Shown: positions 25,831-39,530 of the stretch, one piece after another | Numbering within the stretch: position 1 is the first letter of the stretch | Layout of the letters: the number at the start of each line of letters is the position of its first letter | Assembly (NCBI GenBank): GCA_013115125.1 | Contig: JABANN010000047.1 | Location: 1-64,000 of the forward strand | DNA: 64,000 bases | Source of the DNA: Perkinsus olseni | Lineage: Eukaryota | Direction: 5' to 3' | Made by a program: the position numbers and the translations under genes | The notes under the pieces: generated by a model | What the model saw: only the letters and a program-made list of their open reading frames with translations | What the model was told of the DNA's origin: nothing | Databases searched by the model: none

Positions 25831-27134
25831 GTAGAAACCATTATCGCGGATAATAGGCAAGCCTAACAAGGCCTTCTTTGACTTTTTTTAATAAACAGAT
25901 TCTGAAAAAAGACTTGAGTTAGCCATCAATATGCTTATCCGTATGTTGGCCCAGCGAGGTCCGTATTCCGCTCATTCACACTTTTCAATTTACATCACAT
26001 GGTGTTGCTAACTTGTGGTGGTAGATGATATTAGCATAGAAATTTCAACGAAGACGAGAGGAGGCTCTATGTGAGGATAACTGGCAGTAATTTCCGCCAC
26101 GCCCAGGACTCATTACTCCTGAGGGCGATTGAGGGGATGTTGTATACATTCTCCGCTGGTTCGCTCGGTATTTAGCGCCCCTACCTACTGTATACTCCTA
26201 CGACCTTCGATGAGTCATCGGACGGAGCTTCCTCATTGAAGCTCAGTGCTGAAAGTTACTGAAAATACAGGGAACATCGTAACGAGTCCTCATCATTGTT
26301 GATTGTTGATTGATGATTGATGATTGATGAGTCATCAATGTTATAATGTTAGGGACGTACGGTTAAGGTCTTCTACATCTCTTCTACCTCAAAGATAATG
26401 CCGTTCTCCTCTCATCATTATCAGAAATTCTGATTCAGAATCGTATTCCTAAGGATTAGTTGAACCTTGAGTCAGTCGGTCAAGGTCCTTGACTCAAGGT
26501 TGTAGGTCACAGTTTGTAACTCGGTGACCCTCGCTCTCAATTATCCTGAGGAACCATACGCTCAATGCGAACTATCTCAATGCGAACTAGGCTGACGCAT
26601 CTTCCTGTCAGCCACGACATCCGGCCTCACGTGCTCGTCTACATAACCTTCATGATGAAGTCTTCATCTGCTCTAGACTCTTCAAGGATCTTCTCGACGG
26701 TCAATAAGTCGAAGCCGAGGCAGTTCAGCCGCCGGCACATGGTACGTTCCGAATAGCAATCGCTTCCTTGGAATTTCCGAGTTGGAAAGTTTTCCCACTA
26801 ACTGCGGCTCTGCGCTGACCCAGTCTTGAATCTTAGTGTCTGTCAAATTAGCTGTGCCTGGACCAACCGAATCCGCATCTGGTGCTCACTGAGCAGTCAT
26901 AAGAGTCCTAGGAGTTCGACGCAGTCTATGCGTATCGATAATTTAGGGTCTGGGACGACGGAGATACTCAGAGCCCATATAGACTCGCCCTCCATGGTGG
27001 CCATGATAGGAAGCGAATTTCAAGAATTTAATTACCTTGTGTCCGCAAGTCGATGATAATCTAGAGCTGTTCGACTGGCTCGAAACTGAGCAGAAGGTAA
27101 TTATCCAAGAGGCCAACATTACCCAACAGTCATA

Positions 27135-27277
27135 ATAATGATGATGGTAATGAATCATTACTAATGATTATGATGATGATGATGATGATGGTAATGAATC
27201 ATTACTAATGATTATGATGATGGTAATGAATCATTACTAATGATTATGATGATGGTAATGAATCATTACTAATGATT

Positions 27278-27319
<42 letters not shown>

Positions 27320-27397
27320 GTAATGAATCATTACTAATGATTATGATGATGGTAATGAATCATTACGAATGATGATGATGATGATGATGATGATGAT
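27135..27397. repeat. Compound minisatellite: GTAATGAATCATTACTAATGAT x6 interleaved with (GAT)n
   Basis: Direct reading; last copy imperfect. Confidence 0.95.
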
Positions 27398-28244
27398 ACG
27401 GCATGTGCCTGCGTTACTAACTAGGCCTAAGAGTCGAGATTACGTTACCTATTTACTTCATTCGATTGTTAGTTGTACCTTAGACTGTTTGATTCGTTTT
27501 CCCCACCCTCTACCACCCGGGAGCAGGTACCATTGAGCGAGGTGGCTTGCCTAATCACGATTGACTGTAGTTGCACTTCAAGCCATGCCCATTGTGTAGG
27601 ACGTTGTTTACTCCGGGATACACATGGTCGCTCAATGGTCCGGTTTGCCCGACTACGTCGTCTTGCTGCTATGGGATAGAACAGAGGAATCTATGAGTGC
27701 AGTTGTTCGCACTTCTGACGCTGATAGTAACACACCAAAACACAGGTCAAAATGCAGACGTCGGTGGTGTGACAGTACCACAGTAAGTTATCGTCTATAA
27801 CTGATCACCCACCGAGACCCGTGGTGACCCGCGAGACCAACCGCGACAGGAACGGGTCAGAGATAATAGGAGCAATTCAGCGTCACAGCTCGCCCCGGGA
27901 GGCTGCGGGTGGGTTAGAAAGGAAAACTCCAACAATACCTGCTACTGACTATTGAACACTCTATTCCCCTTTCTCAGCGATACGTTCACTATACCAAGAG
28001 AAGTCTCGAACTGTCGTTCTTCAATCATACATAAATCTTGAGACTACCGTAGATAGTTCTAGCTTCGCGAAGCTAGTACCGTGCTTCAAGGCAACGACAC
28101 AACATGTTGTCATAACACAAACATCCCAGGCCCACCAGACACCCAATCAGGAAAGAATAGAAATAACCGTGACGAATTCATTGTGGCATTCGCAGATTGT
28201 TCCTTCCGGCACGTAGTGCTTTTCAAATTACACTCAAATCCATG

Positions 28245-28360
28245 GGCTCTCGGATTGGGATTTCCGAAGCTCGGAACTCGATAACCGAGCAATTGGACGC
28301 GGAACTCGGAACTTCCGAGTCGGAAGGCCTAAGCACTCTAATCGGCTCCTCGGCTCAAGA
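28245..28360. repeat. Fragment with CTCGGAACT/TTCCGAG motifs, probably related to element family D
   Basis: Motif content resembles 55831-56526; no TIR pair found. Confidence 0.45.
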
Positions 28361-28663
28361 ACTACTGTTGGGACGCAACATATGATTAGAGGTAAATGTC
28401 TGCAGCTGACGATGTCGTGCAGTGAAGGTGAAAAAGCGAGACTGGTCAAGTCTGCAAGGAAAAATATGTTATCGATCAACAGTCTGCCGTCAGAGAGGAG
28501 CGAACTCGCGACGCTAACAGCTTGGCCCGACTGGCGCTGCACTCTGGCTACTGAATTGTAGGTATTGATGGCGCCCAACGTCCAGTAAGCGTTAAAAAAA
28601 TCGGCCCTGGCAGGCCCGGCTTGCCTTATGAAGACAGACAGAGATATGAAGAATTATAGCTTG

Positions 28664-29944
28664 TTAGCGAGCTTCTCTCAGAACCGGGAAATCGATGGCC
28701 ATCTTGACGGCCTTCAGCGGGTTCAGGGCCCCAGCGTGCTTTTTCAAAGGCCTCAGAGGGCTGGCGAACCGATCAACGTTGTGAATGAGGGTCCCGGCGA
28801 CGTACTTGGGCTTAACGCCCATAGAAAGCAGGATCGCGGCCGCGCCCGAGACGATGGGGCACGAGAAGGACGTGCCCGAGGAGAGCCTGTTGTAGCCGGT
28901 GTAGACGTCCGAGCCGTAGGCAGCGATGTCGACGTAACCCCCGTAGTTGCTGAAACCAGATAATTGTAGAGTGTCTTGGATATCGATGGAAGCCACGGCG
29001 ATCACGCCGGGAAGCGCAGATGGATAGTGCGTGTCAGCAGCCTTTCCATCGTTACCAGCAGAGGCGACGATAATGATACCCTGGTCAGTGGCTGCTTTGA
29101 AGGCCTTCCCGAAGACCTGCTCCGCGTAGCTCTGCGACATGAAGTGTCCCAGTGAGATTGATACGACATCAATTCCGATGTCGACTGCCATGTCCATGGC
29201 TTCGGCCACATTAGACCAGCTGCCGGCACCATTATCCTCATGAGTTCTGAAAGACACCAAACGTACATTAGATGACATGCCGACCATATCGAGGTTATTG
29301 TTCCTCCTGGCCGCGATGAGTCTGGCACACCTTTGACCATGCGGATTAACCGACGTGAAATTCGAGTTGTCGTCCACGAAGTTCCAGCCACCGTCAATGA
29401 ACCCGCCGCTCTTCTTACGAAAAAATCCCCGATAAGGCGCGATCTCAGGATCGCTGAAATTGAGGCCGCTGTCCATAACCGCTACGCCGACGGTCCGCGT
29501 CGCGTAGGGTCCAGACAATCTCCAAACTTCCTTCATGTTCATCAGCTTGAAAGCCCTTTGATACGAAGCGTTAGGGTCATTCACGCCGAGATCGTCGTCG
29601 GTGGTCTCTTGCTTGGCGGCGAAGTTAGGGGAGCATTCACACTCCAGACCGGGTAGCTCGGAGGCTGCGTTCTTCAAGTAGGAACAGAGATCGGCGGAGC
29701 TCACCGTGTCATCGGAAGTAGAGACTACCTGCAAGCCCGAGGACTTCAAGGTTTTGATCGATGCTGTCTTGAGGAAAGCGGCCACTTCAGGGTTGGACGC
29801 GAAACTGGCGTTCTCGAGAAGTTTAGGGACATCTCGGACGTCGACAAAAGCATCGCCGGAGGTGATCGACAGGATAGTCTTGCTATCGTAAACGTCCTGG
29901 GAGATCGATGCGGCTATGAGGTGGACGGCAAAGAGGAGCTTCAT
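28664..29944 (-). CDS. Secreted subtilisin-like serine protease (S8), copy C, intronless
   Basis: MKLLFAVHLIAAS signal; AVMD, HGQRCA, SAGND and GTSFSCP intact. Confidence 0.95.
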   Translation of the reverse strand: MKLLFAVHLIAASISQDVYDSKTILSITSGDAFVDVRDVPKLLENASFASNPEVAAFLKTASIKTLKSSGLQVVSTSDDTVSSADLCSYLKNAASELPGLECECSPNFAAKQETTDDDLGVNDPNASYQRAFKLMNMKEVWRLSGPYATRTVGVAVMDSGLNFSDPEIAPYRGFFRKKSGGFIDGGWNFVDDNSNFTSVNPHGQRCARLIAARRNNNLDMVGMSSNVRLVSFRTHEDNGAGSWSNVAEAMDMAVDIGIDVVSISLGHFMSQSYAEQVFGKAFKAATDQGIIIVASAGNDGKAADTHYPSALPGVIAVASIDIQDTLQLSGFSNYGGYVDIAAYGSDVYTGYNRLSSGTSFSCPIVSGAAAILLSMGVKPKYVAGTLIHNVDRFASPLRPLKKHAGALNPLKAVKMAIDFPVLREAR

Positions 29945-31967
29945 AGCGTGAAATGAACAGAAAACTGAGAATTCGCTTTTTAAAAGCGCAACCATCACAG
30001 TCTCGGCTGATAAAAAGCTGGATTTAGGAGACTTCAGAACCCGAGGGTAACCCGAGTGAGCATCACGGCTCGCCCATCATACTCGAAGAGAGGTGCTTCA
30101 TATTTATCAGCTTGGTCAGAGGGCTATTTAGTTCCATGAAATTTGTTAATCGGTGTAGAACGCGAACGTTCTCGCCTGGCGGTGGCAGCACGGGCGCGGG
30201 GCACGCGCGTGCCATCGTCACACTGCCGCGTCGTGGCGCGCAGGTTGGCTACATGAGCAAGGCTCAAGATCCCCCGGTGGATCTATTGGTCTCTCCGGAT
30301 TCTAGGTTCGAAACCTTCCTGACCCCGACCATTGCTCCCTAGTCGGCTATTAAGTAGCCTATTAGGAGATGCCGTAGGGGATAACCTTCACGGTGCTCCA
30401 ACCTGGATTTTTCTCGCCCCTTCGTCTGCGGAGCCCGTTTACGTACCACACTCGGCCACCCTGGACATACGGCAGCTTCCAACGGGAGCATCCCATCGAT
30501 CTCATCGGCGGCTTCAGCTGAGCCCTCAACGACTGGAGCGAGTGTAGCTCGGTCCCGAGATAAGTAAATACCCCGAAACCCATTCACTGCCACGCCACGA
30601 ATATACCAGGGGACCCCAGAGAGTCCATGACAAGAGCACCGTATTCAGGAGCCGCGCAAGAGGCAGCCATTGATGAGCGGTCGAGCACGAGAGTCTCAAA
30701 CGACCAGCTATCTGACAAATGGCTGCCACCACCCTCACTTCCTCAAAGCCCCGTAGAAATGTACGAGAAAAACTCAGCATCTGCGTGTCAGCAGCACTAA
30801 TTAATATGCTCACTCGCCCAAAAACGAGATGTCGAGAAACTTAGTTGAAGGAAAAACATTCAACTTACCACTAATAAAAATTCAAGAGTTGATATCAAAC
30901 GAAAGACTTTGACTACTCTCACCATCACCCGAGAGAACCATAGCATATCTCGTTGAAAGCGGGGCCGCTTGCCAAAACCTGAAGGACAACATGGAACAAG
31001 TTGGCCGCAAGCGTCGAGTGTTCACCTTGCCCGTGGAGTCCGTCAACTCAGCGACACCAAATGCCTCCGACATTTCCGAAAGCATATCGCTTCCCTTCAA
31101 CGTCCAATCATGGACAGCCTTCACACCCACCGAGAGTTTATTCAGCCTGAAGTCGGAGCTGCTCGGCAGGGCATAAGGCAGTATTATTACGACTTACCGA
31201 GCCTCGAAGAAAGAACAAGCGACCCTCTGCTGATGGGCAGTGAACTCTCCGGGGATGGACTCGACTTTGCCGGTCTGTATATTCAGCAACTTCCAGTAAT
31301 TATACCTGAGTATATATATCTGAGTATTCAGGGTAAACCATTACTCGAAGATAAAAAAACAGTGTAGCATGCTTGTGACATCGGCACACTATGAGCAAAT
31401 CGACAACATCGATGATGATTCGTCAGATTCTCACTAACGTTGCATTGTGTTTTATAGCAACAGTGTTGCTGCAATAAGAGGCAATCTGAGGCATGTCCGC
31501 GACAAGTTGTGCTGACAGAGCCTCCTGTTTTCTTCCCTTCTTTCGCCCTTCTTTTTCTCCCTTTTTCCCCCTCTCCTTTCTCGATTTTTGGAAGAGTTGG
31601 CAGAAGCTCTACTCTTCCCCCCTCACGGATAAAACCCTACAGGGAGTGGCGGGAGGGCCAAAAAACTCAAGGAGTCTTCCTCTCCGGGATTAGTGCGCTC
31701 TATAGCACTAATCTCGTTCTTCAATGAGCAACCCACGTCACGCTCACGTGACGCTCGCCCCATGATCCGGTGCGTATGCGTACACAAGCTTCGTCGTGTA
31801 CCCCATTCCCGGCACGTCCGTACTTGTTGTTTCCGAAAGTTGCATCCGCCGTCCACAGGACACTTTCCGGCTCCCCTATAGTTTCATCCTTCAATATGGT
31901 ATGAATAAAACGATACCCCCAGACTGGACCATAATTAGGACCGTAATAACGTTTCGAGTAACTGAGG

Positions 31968-32621
31968 ATGGAAAAACCGATGGGAGAAGATCATCATCGA
32001 TGCAGTGGAATCCTCCAGCAGCCCGGCGAGGAGGGTGGCTTTCAAAACCTACCCATGCATGAGGCTGTGTACGTCGTCCATGATGAGATCTCCGCGAAGG
32101 AACGGCCTGTGCACAACCTTGTCCTTCTGACCAGGCACCTCCCAGGGGTAGTGGAGACCCTCGGTTGTAAAATGCCTGGCATGAGTCGCTACACATCTCT
32201 GGCTAGAGGTGTCAGAAAGCACCAATCTCACATTCGAAGCATCTCGCTACCCTCATGCAGCAGGGTGAACTCCCCCACACCTTTCGAATCATCAACATCA
32301 TCTCGAAGAATCAAGCTTCCGAGCGAACCCAATTCGATTTTTATCTGTCGTAGAACTAAGTGGCAAATATCGCCCACGAGGGTGATCTACCTGTCCATCA
32401 GGGACCTCACGAAGGGCGTTCAAGCTCTTACTCTGGTAGTCAACCAGAACCTTGGTCTCTCCTTCGTCGGTTACGTACCTCAGTTTGAGAAAATGCACAA
32501 AAAAATGCATCGCTCCGCTGCTGCTCACCAAAGCCAGGCCCTGAGTGGGAGTGACTTGGCCGACCAAATCCTGAAGCTCAGAGATTTGATTCTGGACTTC
32601 TCGTTGGCGGCGAAAAAATGA
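31968..32621 (+). CDS. Hypothetical protein (possibly exons of a larger gene)
   Basis: 217-aa ORF with protein-like composition; no family recognised. Confidence 0.3.
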   Translation: MEKPMGEDHHRCSGILQQPGEEGGFQNLPMHEAVYVVHDEISAKERPVHNLVLLTRHLPGVVETLGCKMPGMSRYTSLARGVRKHQSHIRSISLPSCSRVNSPTPFESSTSSRRIKLPSEPNSIFICRRTKWQISPTRVIYLSIRDLTKGVQALTLVVNQNLGLSFVGYVPQFEKMHKKMHRSAAAHQSQALSGSDLADQILKLRDLILDFSLAAKK

Positions 32622-33041
32622 AACTGCCAGTTGTCGTGATCAGCGAGGGGGAAGACCTTCGAATTGGTGCATCCGTTGGTCTCAATGATCGACATCGGCA
32701 CCTGTCGGCCACATCACACGGGAGAGGAGATGATCCATTTCGGATCTACCGCTCCTCAGGCAGGAGCGAGCTTCCTGTTAAATGCCGTGACTGCGCCTAG
32801 AGCGATTGCCGCCCTCCATCATTATCAACGGCACAACAGTTACACTACGCGCCATCTAGAAACGCGCAAACCGGGCGGGCACTTTTTCCTTCGTCTTGAT
32901 GAGTTTGACCCTAATTCCTTTTCCATTGAATTCACCATACACTAGGCAATGTACTTTGCCTCTTGCTGAGGTCATAACTGATACCGCAGATCGCTGATGA
33001 CTGGCATCGTCCCACAACAAGCCGAAATATCGGCTTCTCAA

Positions 33042-35305
33042 TCAGGAGACAAATGTGCGCATATCCAGGAAAATCAAATCACGCTCGGCCCTCATCGCAA
33101 GAGCTTTCTAACGCGCAGCGATGAATTCCACCTGAATGACCCACCCGAGCCATCTTCTCCTCCGTCAAAGCGTCGCGACCCTCAACCAAACGTCTCTCCA
33201 TAACAGTTGGTTTCCTCATAGTAATACTCGCGCCTGTGTGCGTACCATAACTCCACCAACTCTCGATTGCTATCTTCACTTTACCTCCCAGGCGGCCTCC
33301 ACGGAATAGCTCTGCAACTGCGGCGTAGAACTTGGAACGATTATTAAAATGCTCCACTCCGACGCTCGATATCTGACGCTCCTTGCCGGCCGCGTAACTG
33401 GGCATAATAAAAATAACCGTCCTGGGGATCGAACCCGGGACCTCTCACTCTTCCGATCTCTGCTGCGACCATGGCCCCCAAACCTTGGTGAGATCCCTGA
33501 ACTCGATGTCCACAAAACCAGCATCCATCAGTTCCCTCCTATACCTGACGACCTAGCGTCTCGGACTTTCCGGAGACTCAACAGTCATCGACCTCGATGG
33601 CCGTCTAACCTTCCCTTCGCTGCCCCACAGAGAGGAGTCCTCAGAGGACCAACATGACAATTGTGCTATGCGGCGCGGCCATTGCCAATTTCCCGTAAAA
33701 GAAAGTGTTCAAACCCATGACCATTCTACCGCTTACTCGTCAACATCGGAGACACTGTGCGCTCCGACCATCTCCCGAAGGAGTCCCTCTTCTCTATCAG
33801 TGAAGGGCCCCTCGTCAGTGAGGTGAATCATATCTTCTATCAAAACCTAGGGTAGCACTGTAACCTAACACTGGCTTTGTATGGCAGTAGCATGGCTCAC
33901 CGATCCGCCGGGCTTCAACGCCTCGTACATCGCCTTCAGCACGCTCAGCCGGTTAGGAATGTGGAGGATCACCAGCAGCGAAAATGCTGCATCATATCTA
34001 CACCAACCAGTAGACCGCACGACTTTCATGCCGACAACCCCGAGTTCAATTCTCAGCAGGCGCACTTTTCTTTGTTCGCGGAGGCATACATATCTTTAGT
34101 AGCATCACCACAGACAAGGTCAACCTTGCTGGTCAGCCCCACGGCTTCAGTGAGCTCTCTACCAACTTCGATCAACCCCTCCTGGACATCGTAGCCAACC
34201 ACAGAGCACCCCGATTTATACGAAATGTATCTGCCAGAAAAAATGACACCTTCTAGCGGAGCGAAGCTGAGCTCACCTGGCGGGGCCTCCAACGCCGCAG
34301 CCAACGTCGAGCACCGTCACATCGGGTCCGAGGCCGAGAGTCGATATCACCTCGTCGCACGCGACCAAACCGCGATAGTGATACCTTCCACAGGATTTGG
34401 GAAAAAGTTGGTATTGAGCTGCTGCACCGCCCATGCCCACTGATCGAGGTGTCCCAAGCTCTCCAGGTCGGAAACTCTGAGCTTCCCATCACCGCTGGAT
34501 TTCGCCTTGAACTCGTCGATCCACTGCCTCAACGCCTTCACCCTCCACGAGTACATCACACTCGGCAGAGGGACGGTGGCCGACGACGCCAATGACGGAG
34601 ACATCAAATCGGTTATTACGGAAGCGTCAGCACTGAGGGCCGAGAAGCTGTTGGTCATAGTCAACGCAAGGCGGGTGACGTTCATGACGGATCGGATACA
34701 CAGGTTCTGCCGTGACGAACACTATCCACGAGTCCACTGGACCAAGAACCAGCCGTACAGCCCCTCCCGAAGGGAAGCAGCAGCTTCGCCCAGACTGGCT
34801 TCAACGAGGGACAACTCTCCCGTCAGGTTGCATGGGTACCACCCATGCAGCCCCATCTCCTACGGACCATCGGCGATCGGGTAAGGCTACAGTGCCTCCA
34901 CCGCCCTCACACGATCGCTTATGCCATACCACGCCCACTGAAAGGACAGCCCTCCGGCCCTCATTGATCCAACACAAAGAATAGTATTTCCTAGAAATCC
35001 ATCGGAGACAGATCGCTCTCGATCCACGTTCCCTGACCGTGCAAGGCCGGACTCCCGCTGCTGGGGCTGCCCAACTTCCGGGCCTTCATCGCTGCTGTCC
35101 GCCGTCGCGTCGATATCACCGGACCTGCACCACAACTAGCTTCAGCCGTGAAAATTCAGCCCAGCTCACAGTCGTCGCCCTCGCCTTCCCGAAAGACCTT
35201 CGGAGGAGACCAATACACTTCTGATGCTTCCAAAGGCAAGCCACTCCCACGCGCAACCTGAACGAATCTCATCGTCACGCGCCACGAAATTACTTGCCTT
35301 ACCAT
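33042..35305 (-). CDS. Class I SAM-dependent methyltransferase (multi-exon; 5' end uncertain)
   Basis: VLDVGCGVGGPAR | YISYKSGCSVVGYD...VDLVCGDA | YDAAFSLLVILHIPNR...EALKPGG | VLIEDM | YRRELMDAGFVDIEFRDLT. Confidence 0.85.
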
Positions 35306-36067
35306 TTTGAGTGCTTCAATAGTAGGTGTATCACAGCTGACCCTCCTCTCCAGCTTCGCCGGCGTCAATGTCGGCAGCCTGTCCCCGGCCGAGGCCCGGG
35401 GTCGCAACCTAGAGAGGATCGAGCATCCAACGACCTGTCGAGGCGATGCACGAGATGGTAGAATAAAGCAGCAAGAGTGGGGAGCAAGTAGACACTGTGA
35501 GCCTGTTACTCATTACGCGCCGCCGATCGTTTTGTGCATGCGTGGCACGCATTGCGTGCACAGCTAATACTCCCGCTCCCCGAACAGGCGAAAGTAAAAG
35601 ACTTCACCCTCCTTCTCGCCTTGCGTTGACTATTAGCAACAACGGAGAAGCAACAGAACCAAACCTTCTTGCACCGCCCTCAGATCGATCGGTTTTTAGT
35701 TTCATCATCATCAGTTTCTATCGGTCCTCATGGAAGCTTCGAGGTCGGGAAAGGCTATTCACGTCCCACCCGCGACCTTGCCACGGTCCCCGCCTACTTG
35801 TTCTGTGACGGCAGTAGACCAGCCTCAGTGAGAGTGCTCCAGATATCGCTCGGTATCACACTAGTAGCGTGAGCTATGCTAGCGATATTAACCGTGCATG
35901 CCACCGAGCTCCGGCCAGCCTCCTCCTCCCTGAAGGGACCACCTTGACTGGCTTCAATGCGTCACTGGCCCTTACCGTGTTCGATCCAGAAACTCTAATA
36001 TTCTCCGCGCCCAGACTGCGTGCAGGAGGACGTGACCACTAGGAGAGAATGGCCGCTCAGCGCTGCC

Positions 36068-36593
36068 ATGCCTGACGAAATCAACCTTAACGTAGTACTG
36101 CTAGGGAACCATTACGATATCGATCAGAATGGCGTGCGCTCTCCCCCTCTCATACAGTACTCACCTGTTTTCACGATCACTGAGCTCAAACGCCAAGTTA
36201 ACAAGGAACTTGCCGTAACCATGGCGTTGGAACGACGGCAAGACCATGATGCACGACAGGATATGCGAGAACTGCCGATCGACCTTCTCCTTCGAAAAAT
36301 ACCCAACAAAGTGCGGGGGCTTCGTTGACGTCGGCATGGCCGTAGGGGAGGCGGGGACCTACAGGGGTCTCGACCACCGACGTGATACAGTGTGGCTGCT
36401 GCTGCTGCTGCTGCTACCTCCTCGGGATGGTCCCATTGGACGAGCATGTAGAACCAAAAGGACTTCACCAGATCCCTGCGGTTACTCTGATGTTCTGATA
36501 AACTCTTACCCTGATGAAAGATCCGTTAAAGATGGTGCCACGAGTTTCGATTCGATTCTCTCCCATTGCGATGAATTGAATTTTCATCGATGA
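36068..36593 (+). CDS. Hypothetical protein, small multi-exon gene
   Basis: MPDEINLNVVLLGN... with plausible GT-AG introns; no family recognised. Confidence 0.3.
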
Positions 36594-37059
36594 AGCTGAT
36601 GCCCGTAGTCTCATGACCATACTCTCTGTACTGAACTCCGTTGGTCGTAGCGTGGATTAACGATGATGATGATAATAATAATGATATCAATGATCACCTT
36701 GAGAATTTATCAAAGATGAAATTACTTCTATCAATTGAAGGCACACAATGTACCCTTACTATAATTATACAACATAACGAAGAGCAGTACTATATGGTAC
36801 TACACTCGACCTTCACAACGGAACGGCGGAGCTCGGCACTAGCTTCTCGAGCTCGAACCCCTAGCCCATGCCCAGCGCGGGTAGCAAGGAAATAATTCTT
36901 ATTATTTTGACGAAGGCCTATACAACCTTGCATGAAGAAATATAGATTCTTTACTATAAACATACAACACATTCAATAGCATCACTATACGATACTGAAT
37001 CACCACAGAATAAGGCATCTATCTCATCGTCATAGTCCGAACGGGAGAGGAAAGAGCTT

Positions 37060-39530
37060 CTCATGGCGGACGAGAATAATACGACCAACGCTGCGGTTTT
37101 CATTGCGAACAGAATGATTCGAGCATCGCTCCGCTCACTTCGAGAAACAACTTCGTGAAGAGGACGACGTTCTCGCAGTAGTCCTCATTAGACTGTCCGT
37201 CAACTTCGACCACGCCCAGCACCTTATCCCCCGACACCTTGCGCCAGATGAGAACACCTAAGGAGAGCCGTCGCTGTAGCGGCCCGTACCTGCATCGTGA
37301 CTTACCCGGGGGGTTGGAAACGCTGCAGGCGGTCATGTGAGAAAACCTGAAAAACAACAATAGCAACGAAAAAACCCCCAAGAACAGGCAGGGATGAAGG
37401 TAATAAGAACAGCCTATCAGGTGACCGAGACGCCGCCGTTCTCACATCCCCCGTTCACTCGCGAACGGTCGAAAGAATGGTTTGCAAATATCTATCCAAT
37501 TGGGCTTGTGTGAACAGAGCTGATAGGAACGTAGAAGGCAATTGGGGCAAGCACCCAATAGAGCCGTGGAGAACGATGGGCGAGAGTTGGAGCGGAGAGA
37601 TGATTATGTAATGAAGAGGAACGAGCTCTCAGTACTGTATATACACTGCTGGCCGATAACACGCAAGCTTCATGAGGTCGGATGATGCAAACGACCCCTT
37701 GCTCACATCTGCCGTTCACTCGCGAACGGTCGGAAACATCGTTTGCAGATATGTAGCAGGGTGGAAGGATCATCCCGCGTGTCACCAGGCCGCAGCCGGA
37801 GCTGATCGACTATCTCTCGAGGATAGGGTGAGAAGAACCTAGAAGGAGCAGCAGTCGGTGGCAGTCGTCCTGTGACGCACAAAGGACGCATCACCACGAT
37901 GGAAGCTAACAGGAAGGCGACACACGAATGGCCATTCACAGTTCCGAGTCGAGGAGCGTGTATCATCCAAGACAATTTTCGTTTATCGTAGCCTGATGAG
38001 ATCTTGGAGTTGAAACTTCAACCGGACAATCATATCCTATTATTCATTTCTGTTATGAATGCTTCGGGAATGCGCTAGTGACCGGATCGCTTATCAGCGT
38101 CCCTCAGGGAAAACCAAGGCACTCCGACCAGACGCATCGCCAGGCCTACCAAGTGTACAAGGGTGGATCCTCGCCGACCTTCACAAATCTAACGTTCTTC
38201 ACTCGAGCCTTCGCCTTCTCTAGGTTGATCCGATGGCTCGCTATATAATACTGTTCATTGTGTTTACGTCCATACCTGAGCAATGGCATGAACACCCTAC
38301 CAGAGAGACGCTGATCCTACTGTAGCTCCCAATACTTCTCGTCTATGCCCAGTGAGTCCGAGGGCCCTCGAGACGGGTAATGGTGGAGGCGCGGTGTGTT
38401 GGGGGTCGTCCCGGCATGCGACATGCCGCTGTCCAAATCTGAGGCATCCACCACCGGAATATACACAGCCGTTGCTGTATCATCAACCCCAACGCTCCGA
38501 ACAACCAGCACGGAACCCGTGCTCTTCGCCCGTGGAATGTCACCAAGCTTGCGATGATGATGCGCTCAGGAGAGAGGCAGAACCCCCTCACCCACCAGCG
38601 GTCGAGACTGAGTCATTCAGAGGCGTCCTTGCCATACCACTGCTATGCCCCTCATCTCCCTCGGGTATCCGATAGCTGGCCACCTCGTCGATGGTCAAGG
38701 CGACAACATCACTACTTCTATACCTACCAAAATCAACATTGATTATTGAGCGCTCAATTAACGACGGACACCGGCCGCGCTGCGGATTCTGCGACCCGCA
38801 AGGTACGTAAACGCCGCTTCGTCGACACCCTGGACGTTCTCAAACCCTGCGCAGCGTGCCGGGTGACTCGAGCTCGGCGGGAAGCAGAGTGAGAGCCTCC
38901 CGAAGCCTACCAGTCGGAGAAGTGCATGCCTTTGTCGTACAGCAGTACGTAATACAAAAATCGCCGAGCCACGCCGGAGACCTCATCCTCCTCCGGAACT
39001 TTCATCACATCAATCACTTCACCCAGTAGACGCTGCTCCGATTCAAAATTTTGCACAGGTGCTACTGCTGCTGACAGCAGGAACACCTGAGGCCGGGAGC
39101 GTTCGGCCGCGGGGTGGCGGTGCTTGAGACCTACGTTGGAGCTGTCCACCCAGACCAACTGCCCGACGAAGAGGGCTCCCTCGAACGTCCGGCCGAGCGA
39201 GTTTCGAGTTTGCGGCGTGTCGGGCAGGACCTGAGGATTGATCTCCCCAGCAGAGCACGAAATGCAGGTAGTCGAATCATGGGAGTTCTACAAGAACATT
39301 GAGGAAAGAAGAAACTCGGAAACACCCTCGACCACCTCGTACGGAAAGACCATCCGATGCTTACCTTCCCTCTAACTGGCGTTGTTGTGCTCGTAGCCTG
39401 GTCTCTCGTCGGAATCGGCTCGGCCTCTTCTTCCTTGTTGACCATCGGGGCAAGCACTCCCATGGACGTGTCCTCGGAGCTCTTCCCGAGGAGAACGGGT
39501 TGGAGAACGGGGTCAGGGACCGGGACGGTC
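37060..39530 (-). pseudogene. Divergent MYST-family (Esa1/Tip60/MOF-like) acetyltransferase, apparently 3'-truncated
   Basis: Tudor-knot-like GEVIDV...YYVLLYDKGMHFSDW; FFSPYP...LHICKRCF...HMTACSVSNPPG (C2HC finger); EVDGQSNEDYCENVVLFTKLFLE; no downstream acetyl-CoA motif seen. Confidence 0.7.

Noticed and set aside
28110-28292. Short similarity to 24620-24660 of the secreted protein gene
   Set aside because: Too short, and mainly in a non-coding frame
33398-33480. Complete tRNA gene
   Set aside because: The 5' half is methyltransferase exon; no acceptor or D stem
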